Assembly: GCA_963719515.1 (NCBI GenBank)
Contig: CAVRCJ010000017.1
Coordinates: forward strand, 64,001 to 128,000
Direction of reading: 5' to 3'
Source: an uncultured cyanobacterium
GTDB taxonomy: Bacteria; Cyanobacteriota; Cyanobacteriia; CAKZMO01
DNA: 64,000 nucleotides
Of this stretch, positions 10,542-20,886 are shown piece after piece. How positions within the stretch are numbered: position 1 is the stretch's first letter; each line of letters opens with the position of its first letter. The position numbers and the translations under genes were made by a program. The notes under the pieces are model-generated. The model ran no database searches and was not told the DNA's origin. It saw only the letters and a program-made list of their open reading frames with translations.

Positions 10542-11579
10542 CTAAAAGAACCAGCCGTAGCTGTGCAGCCCTTTACCCAAAAGATTGACGCCCAGGTAGC
10601 ACACCCAAACGGCAGCAAAGCCAGAAATCGCCAGAATCGCGGGCCGACGGCCCTGCCAGTCGCGGGTGATGCGGGCGTGCAGGTAGGCGGCAAACACCAG
10701 CCAGGTGATCAAAGCCCAGGTCTCTTTGGGGTCCCAGCTCCAGTATGAGCCCCAGGCTTCATTGGCCCAGACGGCCCCAGACACAATGCCAATGGTGAGC
10801 AGGGGAAACCCTAAACCGATCATTCGGTAGCTGATATTGTCTAAGGTGTCGGCTAGAGTCAGCCGTTGAGGAGAGAGCGCAGGGCCGCCCTCAGTTTCTA
10901 CCGCTACGGCAGGCTTATCGAGAATAGCCGTGCGGCCACCCGCCACCTGGGGCAGCTGAGCGGCGGTTTCGAGAGCGGGTTGGGGCACCTCCGCCACCTT
11001 TTGACCGGCCCGGCGCAGCTCGTACTTAACGTTGCGATAGCTGCCGGTGCCCACGGAGCTGCCCCGCAGCGTGACGGACTGCCCCCGCGTCACCACCAAA
11101 AAGGCGATCGCCAACAGCGCCCCCACCATCAGGGCCGCGTAGCTGAGCAGCATGACGCTGACGTGCATCATCAGCCAGTTAGATTTGAGGGCGGGTACGA
11201 GGGGATGGGACAGCTGCATGCTGCTGGGCAAAGACAGGGTAGCAAAGGCGGCAATGCCCATGGCGATGGGGGAAGTAACGGCCCCAACGAAGCGGCTGCG
11301 GCCCATCTGCTCGGCCAATAGCCCCATAGCGGTGACGCCCCAGGCCACGAAAAACAGCGACTCGTAGAGATTGCTCAAAGGGAAATAGCCACCCTCGATC
11401 CAGCGGGCCCCCAACAGCGCCGCAATACAGAGATTGGCGATCGCCAAACCGCCCGTCCCCAGGCTAGAGAGGGCGGGAATGCTGGGGAACGCGACGCTGG
11501 CCCAATAGAGCAGCATGGTTAGAAAGAGGGCGAGGAAGGATGCGTTGTCGAGCCAGCCTTGAAGCGTTACTAAATCCAT
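10542..11579 (-). CDS. ccsA: Cytochrome c biogenesis protein CcsA (system II; often annotated CcsB)
   Basis: WWD motif [18 protein letters not shown], conserved His motifs (MMHV, YLHAR, GLHSYG) and [10 protein letters not shown]. Confidence 0.95.
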   Translation of the reverse strand: MDLVTLQGWLDNASFLALFLTMLLYWASVAFPSIPALSSLGTGGLAIANLCIAALLGARWIEGGYFPLSNLYESLFFVAWGVTAMGLLAEQMGRSRFVGAVTSPIAMGIAAFATLSLPSSMQLSHPLVPALKSNWLMMHVSVMLLSYAALMVGALLAIAFLVVTRGQSVTLRGSSVGTGSYRNVKYELRRAGQKVAEVPQPALETAAQLPQVAGGRTAILDKPAVAVETEGGPALSPQRLTLADTLDNISYRMIGLGFPLLTIGIVSGAVWANEAWGSYWSWDPKETWALITWLVFAAYLHARITRDWQGRRPAILAISGFAAVWVCYLGVNLLGKGLHSYGWFF

Positions 11580-11666
11580 GGGTTCTCTTGTTGTCGATCA
11601 ACTGGTTGGCGGTCTGTTTATTGGCGACCTATTGGCGGCCCTTTGAGGCGATCGCCTGTTGGTCTG

Positions 11667-11751
11667 ACCCCCTCTAGCTCCCCCTTGCCAAGGGGGAGAA
11701 CCACGGTTTCTTTCCTTTCCTTTCGCGCAGCAGGAGAGCCAGAAGGGGGGC
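11667..11751. repeat. Cyanobacterial small dispersed hairpin repeat
   Basis: Hairpin CTCCCCCTTG-C-CAAGGGGGAG (11678-11698) inside C-rich/G-rich arms, in the intergenic gap. Confidence 0.55.
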
Positions 11752-11847
11752 GACGTTCGTAGTGGGCGATACCGAATAGTCGTTGACTGCCTCTATCCTA
11801 GCGAGTCTTGACGTGGCGATGGAAGGGCTGCAGCAAATCCTTAATCT

Positions 11848-12780
11848 TTATTCGGGGAAGAGACTCTGCTCCAAAAACGCGAGCACCGCTTGGTTCACCT
11901 GGTCGGGGCAGCTTTCCGACGCCTTGTGTCCGCACCCCGGCATCACCTGCAGCTCGGCGTTGGGCAGCTGCTGGTGCAGCCTCTTGCCATTCTCCACCGG
12001 GAACCAAGAATCTTCCTCTCCCCACAGCACTAGGGTCGGCTGCGCGATCGCCCCTAGCTGCTCCTGAAGCCGCCCGGTAAAGCAAGGCTGGCCCTGCAGC
12101 AGGCATTGAATATCGCCCAGAGCCAGCTTGAGGTCGCGGGCAAAGCAGGTCAGGGCCCCGGAAAGCTCGACGTAGGGGTAGGCCGCTATCTGCGCCGCCT
12201 GCCGGTCGACCGACTGACCCGCCGCCATCACCTCCCGCTTGATAGATCGAGCCATCCACCGGGCTACGGGCCGCATACGCTTAAGCAGCTGCAGGCGATC
12301 GGCGGCGTAGACCAGCGGCTGGGGCACCGCCGCCAGGGTCTGCATCACTTTGTTGGGCAGCTTCTCAGGAAACACCGGCACGTTGATCACCACCAGCCGC
12401 GCCACTAGGTGGGGAGACTCGATCGCCACTCCCAAGCTGGCCAGCCCCCCCAGCGACTCCCCTACCAAAACAGCAGGTTCCCCGCACAGCGCCTCCACCA
12501 CCCGCGCTAGCTCCACCACCTGGTGCCCCACCTGCGCCCTGCGCATGGGCTTTTCCGAAAAGCCAGAGCCCAGCGAGTCAAAGCAAATGACGCGGTACTG
12601 CTGGGCGATCGCCGCTATGGTCCCCCGCCAGGAGTAGCTCCATACCCCAATGCCGTGAACCAGCACCAGCGGCGGTCCCTGCCCCACCTCCCCGTAGGCG
12701 ATCGCCACGGGCTGCCCTTCAGCATCGTCAATGGTCAGGGTTTGTCGCCCCTTGGGGAAGGTTGTGGTCCACCAGTCCAT
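11848..12780 (-). CDS. Alpha/beta fold hydrolase
   Basis: HG motif (LVHGIG), nucleophile elbow GESLGG, LWGEED and GCGH. ATG at 12780 just downstream of gcvP. Confidence 0.88.
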   Translation of the reverse strand: MDWWTTTFPKGRQTLTIDDAEGQPVAIAYGEVGQGPPLVLVHGIGVWSYSWRGTIAAIAQQYRVICFDSLGSGFSEKPMRRAQVGHQVVELARVVEALCGEPAVLVGESLGGLASLGVAIESPHLVARLVVINVPVFPEKLPNKVMQTLAAVPQPLVYAADRLQLLKRMRPVARWMARSIKREVMAAGQSVDRQAAQIAAYPYVELSGALTCFARDLKLALGDIQCLLQGQPCFTGRLQEQLGAIAQPTLVLWGEEDSWFPVENGKRLHQQLPNAELQVMPGCGHKASESCPDQVNQAVLAFLEQSLFPE

Positions 12781-12790
12781 TTGCGCCTCT

Positions 12791-15725
12791 CTAATCCTCC
12801 CCATAGTCGCTCATCGGCGGGCAGGCACACACCAGGTTGCGATCGCCGTAGGCGTCATCCACTCGGCCCACCGACGGCCAGAATTTGTGCTCGCGGGTGT
12901 GGGCGGTGGGGTAGGCCGCCGCCTCGCGGGAGTAGGGCCGCTCCCAGCTGTCTGAGATCAGGCATTGGGCCGTGTGGGGCGCGTTGCTCAGCAGGTTGTC
13001 CTTGCGGCTCGCCGCCCCGGACTCGATGGCGCGGATCTCCTCGCGGATGGCGATCATGGCGTCGCAAAAGCGATCCAGCTCGGCCTTAGATTCGCTCTCC
13101 GTGGGCTCCACCATCATGGTGCCGATCACCGGCCAGGACATGGTGGGCGGGTGAAAGCCGTAGTCGATCAGCCGCTTGGCGATGTCGCTGACGCTGACGT
13201 CAAACTTTTTGAAGGGGCGGGTGTCGAGGATGCATTCGTGGGCCACCCAGCCTTTACGGCCCTTATATAGGATGTCGTAGTGGCCTTCTAGCCGCTTAGC
13301 GATGTAGTTGGCATTGAGGATAGCCACCTCCGTAGCCCGCGTCAGACCTGCGCCCCCCATCAGCAAAATGTACATCCAGGAGATGGGCAAGATGGAGGCG
13401 CTGCCCCAGGGCGCGGCGGCTACGGCCCCTAAAGCTTTGGCCTCATCGTTGGGGGAAATTACAGAATGGGCGGGCAAAAACGGTGCAAGGTGGGCCTTGA
13501 CGCCAATGGGACCCACGCCAGGGCCGCCGCCGCCGTGGGGAATGCAAAAAGTCTTGTGCAAATTTAGGTGACACACATCCGCGCCAAAGTCCCCCGGACG
13601 GCACAGCCCCACCTGAGCATTCATATTGGCCCCGTCCATGTAGACCTGACCGCCGTGGGTATGCACAATGTCGCAGACCGCCTTGATCTCTTCTTCGAAC
13701 ACCCCGTGGGTGGAGGGGTAGGTGACCATTAGCGCCGCTAGCTTAGCGCTGTGCTTTTCGGCCTTGGCGGTCAGATCGGCCAAATCTACGTTGCCGTCGC
13801 CATCGCACTTGACGCTGACCACCTTCATCCCGGCCATCACGGCGCTGGCGGGGTTGGTGCCGTGGGCGGATTCGGGAATCAGGCAGATATGGCGATCGCC
13901 CTCCCCCCGCTGCTGATGGTACTGGCGGATGACCAGCAATCCGGTGTATTCGCCTTGGGAGCCCGCGTTGGGCTGTAGAGAGACGGCGTCAAAGCCGGTG
14001 ATCTCCATGAGCATGCTTTCTAGCTGCCGGAAGAGCACCTGGTAGCCCTGGGCCTGATCTAGGGGAGCAAAGGGATGCACCTGACCAAACTCCGGCCAGG
14101 TGACGGGCAGCATCTCAGCGGTGGCGTTGAGCTTCATGGTGCAGGAGCCCAGGGGAATCATGGCGGTGGCCAGGGAGAGATCCTTGCTCTGCAGGCGGTG
14201 CAGATAGCGCAGCAGCTCGGTCTCGGAGTGGTAGCGGTTGAAGACGGGGTGCTGCAGGTAGGGGGTGGTGCGGGTGAAGCCATCCAGCACGTCCTGCTGA
14301 GGAGAGAGGGCGCGGGGCAGCAGCGGCGGGCGGGGGTGACCAAACACCTGCAGCAGGTACATGAGGTCAGTTTCGGTGGTGGTTTCGTCTAGGGAAACCC
14401 CAACGGTCTGCTCGTCGATGTAGCGCAGGTTGATGCTGTGGGAGAGGGCGCGCTCTAGAATCTTCTGTGCATTATTGCCCCCCAGGCGGACTTTGAGCGT
14501 GTCGAAGTAGGGCGCGTCCCCCAGGCTGTAGCCCATCTCCAAGAGCCCTGCCGCTAGCCGGGAGGTCTGCTCATGAATTTGAGCGGCAATGCGCCGCAGC
14601 CCCTCCGGCCCGTGGTACACCGCGTACATGCTGGCCATAATCGCTAGCAGCACCTGGGCGGTGCAGATATTGCTGGTGGCCTTGTCGCGGCGAATGTGCT
14701 GCTCGCGGGTCTGCAGCGCCAGCCGTAGGGCGGGCTGCCCCGAAGCGTCTTGCGACAGCCCCACCAGCCGACCGGGAATCTGCCGCTTGTGGGCTTCTTT
14801 AATGGCGAAGTAGGCGGCGTGGGGACCGCCGTAGCCCAGGGGCACCCCGAAGCGCTGGGTGCTGCCCACGGCGATATCCGCGCCAAATTCTCCCGGCGGG
14901 GTGAGCAGGGTCAGCGCCAGCAGGTCGGCGGCGACGGTGACCAAGGCGCCGCGCTCGTGGGCCTGGGCCACGAAGTCGCAGTAGTCGTAGATAGCGCCGT
15001 CGGTGGCGGGGTACTGCAGCAGCGCGCCGAAGATAGGCGTGGCGAAGTCAAACTGGCGGTGGTCGCCGACGATGCACCTCAATGCCCAAGGGGAGCGATC
15101 GCGTCTGAATCACTTCGATGGTTTGGGGGTGGCAGCTCTCGGAGACGAAAAAGGCGTTGGCCCCCTTCTTTTTGCAAGCCCCGTAGCTGAGCCCCATGGC
15201 CTCGGCGGCGGCGGTGCCCTCGTCTAGCAGGGAGGCGTTGGCGATATCTAGCCCCGTCAGGTCGGTGATTAGGGTCTGAAAGTTGAGCAGGGCCTCTAGC
15301 CGTCCCTGGGCGATCTCGGGCTGGTAGGGGGTGTATTGGGTATACCAGCCGGGGTTTTCGAGCACGTTGCGCTGAATGACCGCCGGGGTGAAGCAGCCCG
15401 CGTAGCCCATGCCGATGAAGGAGCGGTACACCTGGTTTTTGCTGGCGATTTCTTTTAAGTCGGCGAGCAGGGTCTCTTCAGACTGGCCGTCGGGGATGTC
15501 GAGGGGCTGCCGCCTGCGGATGGACTCGGGCACCGCCTGGTCGATGAGCGCCGCTAGACTGCCCACGCCGAGCACCTGCAGCATGGCCTCAATATCCTGC
15601 GATCGCGGCCCAATGTGGCGAGCCTCGAAGGGGGCTGGCCCCGACAGGTCAGCTGAGGGCTGGGGGGTCGCTCCATTTTGAGCGGGCTGGGTGCGGGGGG
15701 CGGCGGTGTAGGTATCGGGGCTCAT
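12791..15725 (-). CDS. gcvP: Glycine decarboxylase P-protein, split by a +1 insertion at 15074
   Basis: [33 protein letters not shown] (PLP Lys) and [12 protein letters not shown]. Two ORFs join if the extra G at 15074 is removed; the duplicate copy reads GATCACC where this one reads GATGCACC. Confidence 0.93.
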
Positions 15726-15779
15726 AGGGGGTTAGTGAGAATCGCGGAGTGGGTCAATGATTATATTGTGCAATAGTTG

Positions 15780-15797
15780 ACCGAAACAGTTTGTAAC
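15780..15797 (-). promoter_or_regulatory. HLR1-like (RpaB-type) direct repeat upstream of gcvP; second copy at 21778-21795
   Basis: Minus strand reads GTTACAAA-CT-GTTTCGGT; the duplicate reads GTTACAGA-CT-GTTTCAAA. The motif is retained in both diverged copies of the promoter. Confidence 0.4.
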
Positions 15798-15868
15798 CTG
15801 CGCCGCCGTTGGGGCGATCGCGCCTTGCCCAAAAGATGGACCGCTGGTGGGCCAAGACCCAAATACGG

Positions 15869-15897
15869 TTGCGCTCAGCTTCGCGTTTCGCTACACT
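15869..15897 (+). promoter_or_regulatory. Sigma70-type promoter
   Basis: TTGCGC-17 nt-TACACT, about 220 nt upstream of the ATG at 16120. Confidence 0.55.
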
Positions 15898-15904
15898 CCT
15901 CAGC

Positions 15905-16110
15905 TAGGGATGGATTCTTCATCCTGTTTTCGACGCCCGACGTTTAGCGCGTCCCCTGGAAGTGAGGCAACACGACCAGGAGACTAACCTCGCACGTTGG
16001 TATCAGCAACGCGGCAGGCTGCTCAGATTTTATCTTGTGGTAGTCGCCCCGTTTTCTCCCAAAGCGTGGGTTGGCTTAAGGGTTGGGCGTCTTTTCTACT
16101 ACCACAAGAG
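15905..16110 (+). ncRNA. Putative structured leader or ncRNA
   Basis: Stems CCTGG..GTG-AGGCAA-CAC..CCAGG and CGTTG-GTATCAG-CAACG, plus a 12-bp perfect pair TCTTGTGGTAGT (16033-16044)/ACTACCACAAGA (16098-16109) enclosing CGCCC/GGGCG. Confidence 0.45.
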
Positions 16111-16119
16111 GCAAATCAA

Positions 16120-16401
16120 ATGACCTACAAACCTGACGCCGTCCGCCAGGCCGCTTCGCCTACCCGACCCGGCGAGGAGCCGCAGCCGCGTGAGTACCAT
16201 ACCCTGCAGCTGTTGGCGATCGGTACGCCCTACGCCATCGAGAGCTGCCGCAACCGGCTCTATACCCTGGGCTACGCTCAGCTGATTGAGTGGTCGCGTC
16301 CGCTGCCCATCATCCAGTCTGGTGAGGTGATTCGCAATGCTCGCCCGGATGAGGTGATGCGGATTTTGACGAAGCGGATTCCGCGATCGCCGAAGCGGTA
16401 G
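16120..16401 (+). CDS. Small hypothetical protein (93 aa) with an IG.P......L..LGYA....WS..LP motif
   Basis: RBS AAGAGG, ATG at 16120. Homologous to the degenerate frame at 50417-50673. Confidence 0.7.
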   Translation: MTYKPDAVRQAASPTRPGEEPQPREYHTLQLLAIGTPYAIESCRNRLYTLGYAQLIEWSRPLPIIQSGEVIRNARPDEVMRILTKRIPRSPKR

Positions 16402-16467
16402 GGGGTGAAATCAGGTCTGATGTGCTAGACAGGGAGGTGTATTTATACATAGCGATTCCCGGATATC

Positions 16468-16593
16468 TGTTTAGCGCCTCGAAGGCCCTCACCCTCTCCC
16501 CCGGCCCCTCTCCCAGAGCGGAGAGGGGTGTCTAGTTCCCTTCTGCCGCTCTGGAAGAAGGGTTAGGGATGAGGGCTTTCAGGATGCTAAACA
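16468..16593. repeat. Cyanobacterial dispersed palindromic repeat (CCCTC...CCCTCTCC...GGAGAGGGG type)
   Basis: Nested inverted repeats: outer TGTTTAGC/GCTAAACA, GCCCTCA/TGAGGGC, inner CCCCTCTCC/GGAGAGGGG. Confidence 0.65.
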
Positions 16594-16633
16594 AGCGATC
16601 GCGGCCTCCTGAACACTTCACCCGCTGAAGCCC

Positions 16634-19600
16634 ATGCCCACTATCACCATCCGCGAACGCCAGCAGACCGACCGGGGCTTTGAGGCCACGGTGAGCTTTG
16701 GTCGGGGGGAGTATCCGATTACCGTCAGCAATCCCTTTAGCGAGGCAGAAGAGGCGCGGCTGGAATGGTACTTTGAGCAGTGGATTCGCTTTCCGTTTGT
16801 GGAGAAGGTGCAGGCGACAGCGGCGGCGGCGAGCGTCAAGGACTACGGCCAGCGGCTGTTTGAGCAGGTGTTTCGCAGCAATGTTGATGTCTACGCGGAC
16901 TACCGGGAGCTGCGCAGCCGCCTTAGCGATTTAGAAATCAGCATTGAGAGCCAGTCGCCGGAGTTTCAGGGGCTGCACTGGGAGGCGCTGCGCGACCCGG
17001 ACCTAGAGGAACCGCTGGCGGTGCGCTGTGCGGTGGCGCGGCGGCTAGTCCGCCCGGTGGGCTTTCGCGCCCAGGTGCAGACCTCGCCGACAATTAATCT
17101 GCTGCTGGTGACGGCCCGACCGGGGGAAGAGGACGACGTGGGCTATCGCACCGTGTCGCGCCCCTTGATTGAGGCGATCGCGCAAGCGGAGCTACCGGTG
17201 AACGTGGAGCTGCTGCGGCCCGCCACCTATGAGGCGCTGGATAAGCACCTGCAGGGCAAAGAGGGCTATTACCACATCGTCCATTTCGACACTCACGGGG
17301 CGCTGCTGCGCTATGAGAGGTCAAGGCGCTGAAGGCAGAGGCGATAAAGCTCCGACCGACGCTACATCTACGACCAGGGCTATGACAATCGCCCCATCCC
17401 GGAGTTTGGGGGCTACAAGGCGTTTTTGCTGCTGGAGGCGGGCACGAAAGGCCGAGCGAACCTGATAGAGGCGGATACCCTGGCGACGTTGCTGAAGGGC
17501 AAGGGAGTGCCGGTGTGCGTGCTCAATGCCTGCCAGTCGGGGAAGCAGGTGCGGCTGGCGGACGAAGAAGAGACAGACGGAGAGCAACCCGAACGCCCAT
17601 CGCTGCAAGCCCGCGAAACCAGCCTCGCCAGCCGCCTGATGGCCGCTGGGCTGCAGACGGTGGTGGCCATGGGCTATTCGGTGACGGTGACGGCGGCAAC
17701 AATTTTTATGGAGCGGCTGTATGCGCAGCTGATAGCAGCAGCAGTCTCTGCCGGAGGCGATCTTGGCGGCGCGGCGGGAGCTGTACAAGCGCAAGGGGCG
17801 GCGGGTCTATGCGAAGCAGACGCTGGAGCTAGAGGACTGGCTGCTGCCGGTGGCCTACTGCAATGAGGCGGTGGACCTGAACCTGCGATCGTTTACGCCC
17901 CAGGAGGAGGCGGAGTTCTTTGAGCAAGAAGACGCCCGCTATCGCTTTGAAGCACCGACTCATGGGTTTGTGGGGCGCGATTTAGACATTTTGAAGCTGG
18001 AGCGCTCATTAGACCGGCACAACGTCATTTTGCTGCAGGGGATGGGGGGCACGGGTAAGACGACGCTGCTGCGCTACCTGCAGGAGTGGTGGCAGACGAC
18101 ACACTTTGCCGAAGGGGTGTTCTACTTTGGCTATGACGAACGGGCCTACACCGTCGAGCAGATTGTGTTTGCTGTGGGGCAGCAGGTGTATGACCGCTAT
18201 GAGGCGGCGACCTTTCAAGCGATGCCGTCGCTGGGGGCGAAGGTGGCGAAGCTGACCAGGTTTTTGAAGGCGAACCCCTACGTGCTGATGCTGGACAATC
18301 TGGAATCGGTGACGGGGGAGCCGTTGGCGATTCCAAACACTCTGCCGCTGGAGGAGCAGGGTCTGCTGAAGGACTTTTTGGCAAAGCTGAAGGGGGGGAA
18401 GACGAAGGTGGTGCTGGGGTCGCGCAGCCCAGAGACTTGGCTGGAGCCGGTGTTTGATGCGCCCGGCGGCGTGAACCGCTATGTGCTGCGGGGGCTGGAC
18501 CCGGAGGCGCGGTCGGATTTGGCCCAGGCGATTTTGGAGCGGCAGGGGAAGGGCAGTGAGGAGATCGGGTTGCTGCGGAAGGATCGGGAGTTTCGGCGGC
18601 TGATGGGGCTGCTGGCGGGGTATCCGCTGGCGATGGAGGTGGTGCTGGCGAATTTGCGGCAGCAGGAGCCGGGGGAGGTGTTGGTGGCGCTGCAGGACCA
18701 AGGGGTGTCGGGCTTGAATGAGGGGGGCACGGCGCGGACGGACAATATTGTGAAATGTGTGGAGTATTCCCACAGTAATTTGTCGCCGGAGGCACAGAAG
18801 CTGCTGCTGTGTTTAGCGCCATTTATGAGCTTTTTCAATCGGGGATTTTTGCCGCAGCTATGTGGAGCAGCTAAAGCAACAGGCAGCGTTTGCGGACTAT
18901 CCATTTGAGCGGTTTGATGAGGCGATCGCTGAGGCGGTGAGCTGGGGGCTGCTGTCGCCGCTGCAGGAGGAGATGCCGCAGCTGCTGACGATTCAGCCGG
19001 TGTTTCCCTACTTTTTGAATGCGAGGCTGAGGGAGGTCAATGAAGAGACGCGGGAGGGGCTGCGGCAGGGGTTTAAGGCGCATTACCTTGGGCTTGGCGG
19101 GGTATTACCGAAAGCTGACGACCTCGAAAGAGGCTCAGGAGCGGCAGATAGGCTTAGCGTTTTGCCGCTGGGAGTATGAGAACCTCTACAAAGCCTTACA
19201 AATTTGCCTAGAGCAGCAAGAGACGGTTGGTATTTTCTTTTGCCTATTTGACTACTTGCGGCTGACCCAAAATGTCCAAGGTCAGCTCGAACTGTCGAAG
19301 TTTGTCTGCGACGCTCAAGCAGAGTATCCAGAAGAAATACGAACGGGTGAAATTGGCGAGGAGATAGGTATGGTGCTGAACCGCCTCGCTTACTGCTATC
19401 TCGGTACTCAAGATTTTAAATCTGCGGAGAAATCGTATTTAGAACAAGTAGAGCTGATTCAGCAACTCAGTGACGTAGACGAGAGGCAGAAAAAAGTTAC
19501 GCTTGCTGGCGTCTACCACCAGTTGGGCAGGGTGGCGCAGGAGCAGCGGCAATGGCAGCAGGCCAATGACTACTACAACCAAGCCCTCGCTATCAAAATC

Positions 19601-20248
19601 GAGTTCGGCGATCGCTATAGCCAAGCGAGCACCTACCAACAGTTGGGCATTGTGGCGCAGGAGCAGCGGCAATGGCAGCAGGCCAATGACTACTACAACC
19701 AAGCCCTCGCCATCATCATCGAGTACGGCGATCGCTATAGCCAAGCGAGCACCTACCACCATTTGGGCATTGTGGCGCAGGAGCAGCGGCAATGGCAGCA
19801 GGCTAATGACTACTACAACCAAGCCCTCGCTATCAAAATCGACTTCGGCGATCGCTATAGCCAAGCGCGCACCTACCACCAGTTGGGCATTGTGGCGCAG
19901 AAGCAGCGGCAATGGCAGCAGGCCAATGACTACTACAACCAAGCCCTCGCTATCAAAATCGAGTACGGCGATCGCTTTAGCCAAGCAGGAACCTACTACC
20001 ATCTTGGCCAAGTTGTAGAGGCTCAAGATGACTGGCCTACAGCGGCAAGATACTACCTAGAAAACCTGCGCATCACGATGGCGTTTAAGGACGAGGTGCG
20101 GTTGCCAATGCTGCTCCAAAATTTGGCGCGAGTCTACCGCGATCGCCGCGACGACGACTTCCTGACCCAGGCCGCCGAGATTCTAGGCGGCAGCGTAGAC
20201 GAGCTACGACAGACAATCCTCTCTCAAGACACCAAGGATGAGACTTGA
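16634..20248 (+). pseudogene. CHAT protease-STAND (NB-ARC-like) ATPase-TPR protein, broken by about 5 single-base frameshifts (true pseudogene or assembly errors)
   Basis: CHAT dyad HFDTHG / LNACQSG, Walker A GMGGTGKT, Walker B LMLDNLE, GYPLA motif and C-terminal TPRs. Consecutive ORFs overlap in shifted frames at about 17320, 17350, 17740, 18858 and 19092. Confidence 0.8.
19513..19992 (+). repeat. Four near-identical 120-bp coding tandem repeats (40-aa TPR units)
   Basis: Unit YHQLGIVAQEQRQWQQANDYYNQALAIKIE(F/Y)GDRYSQA(S/R)T repeated at a 120-bp period. Confidence 0.95.
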
Positions 20249-20265
20249 AGACTCGCCGCTGAGGC

Positions 20266-20496
20266 GCTATGTGTGGTGAATGAGCAAAATCGGCTCACAG
20301 CCGAGTAAACATGTGTCGTCGATGGATACTTGAGCGTCGTCGATGAGTCAAAATGTGTCGCAAGCGAGACTTCAAGTCTCGTCGACGAGTAAAAAAGCGT
20401 CATCAACGAGTGTTTGATCGTCGTCGTCGAGTAAAAAAGCATCGCGGGTGAGGCCTCAAGCGTCGTCGATGAGTCAAAAAGTGTGGCAGGACGTTC
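20266..20496. repeat. Degenerate 21-nt tandem array with a 42-nt super-period (11 units)
   Basis: Consecutive units include CTTGAGCGTCGTCGATGAGTC, AAAATGTGTCGCAAGCGAGAC, TTCAAGTCTCGTCGACGAGTA and AAAAAGCGTCATCAACGAGTG. Confidence 0.75.
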
Positions 20497-20683
20497 GCGC
20501 AGCGTGGCGATAGACGTTCGCGCACAAGGCGTTTTTATTACAGGCGCAACCGTAATGCGAGAGTTGGTCCCATGTCTGGCATGGGGCGATCGCTGGCCGA
20601 ATTGCAGCATCGCCATTTTAATAAAACCATCGCAAAATAGAACAGCAGCGGCTACGTCTTTGCTGTGTGAGTTGTGAGCCCCC

Positions 20684-20886
20684 ATGACCTCATCCCAACC
20701 AGAACAGTTTGACCCAGCTTCGACAGATATTGATCAAGGCATGAAGGGCGATCGCCACGGAGAAGGGCAAACCCTCAACAGCTTGGGTCTTGTTTACCAA
20801 AATCAGGGCCGCCGGGACGATGCCATCGACGGCTATGGGCAAAGCCTCGGTATCTTCCGGTCCATGGGCGATCGCCACGATTGGCT
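20684..20886 (+). pseudogene. TPR gene remnant (one repeat unit) fused to the inverted gcvP relic
   Basis: [44 protein letters not shown], then an abrupt switch to antisense gcvP sequence. Confidence 0.7.

Noticed and set aside
15060..15085. Programmed frameshift in gcvP
   Set aside because: No slippery sequence is present, and the duplicate copy shows the uninterrupted frame, so it is a simple 1-bp insertion.
15726..15870. Glycine riboswitch upstream of gcvP
   Set aside because: No recognisable glycine aptamer motifs on the minus strand. The structured region nearby is on the other strand and belongs to the divergent gene.
19513..19992. Possible CRISPR array or DGR template/variable repeat pair
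   Set aside because: Units are contiguous in-frame TPR codons with no unique spacers. Changes are not confined to adenines, and no cas or reverse transcriptase gene is in the window.
20266..20496. 21-nt array as a CRISPR
   Set aside because: There is no invariant repeat and no spacer-length unique sequence. Kept as an unexplained array instead.
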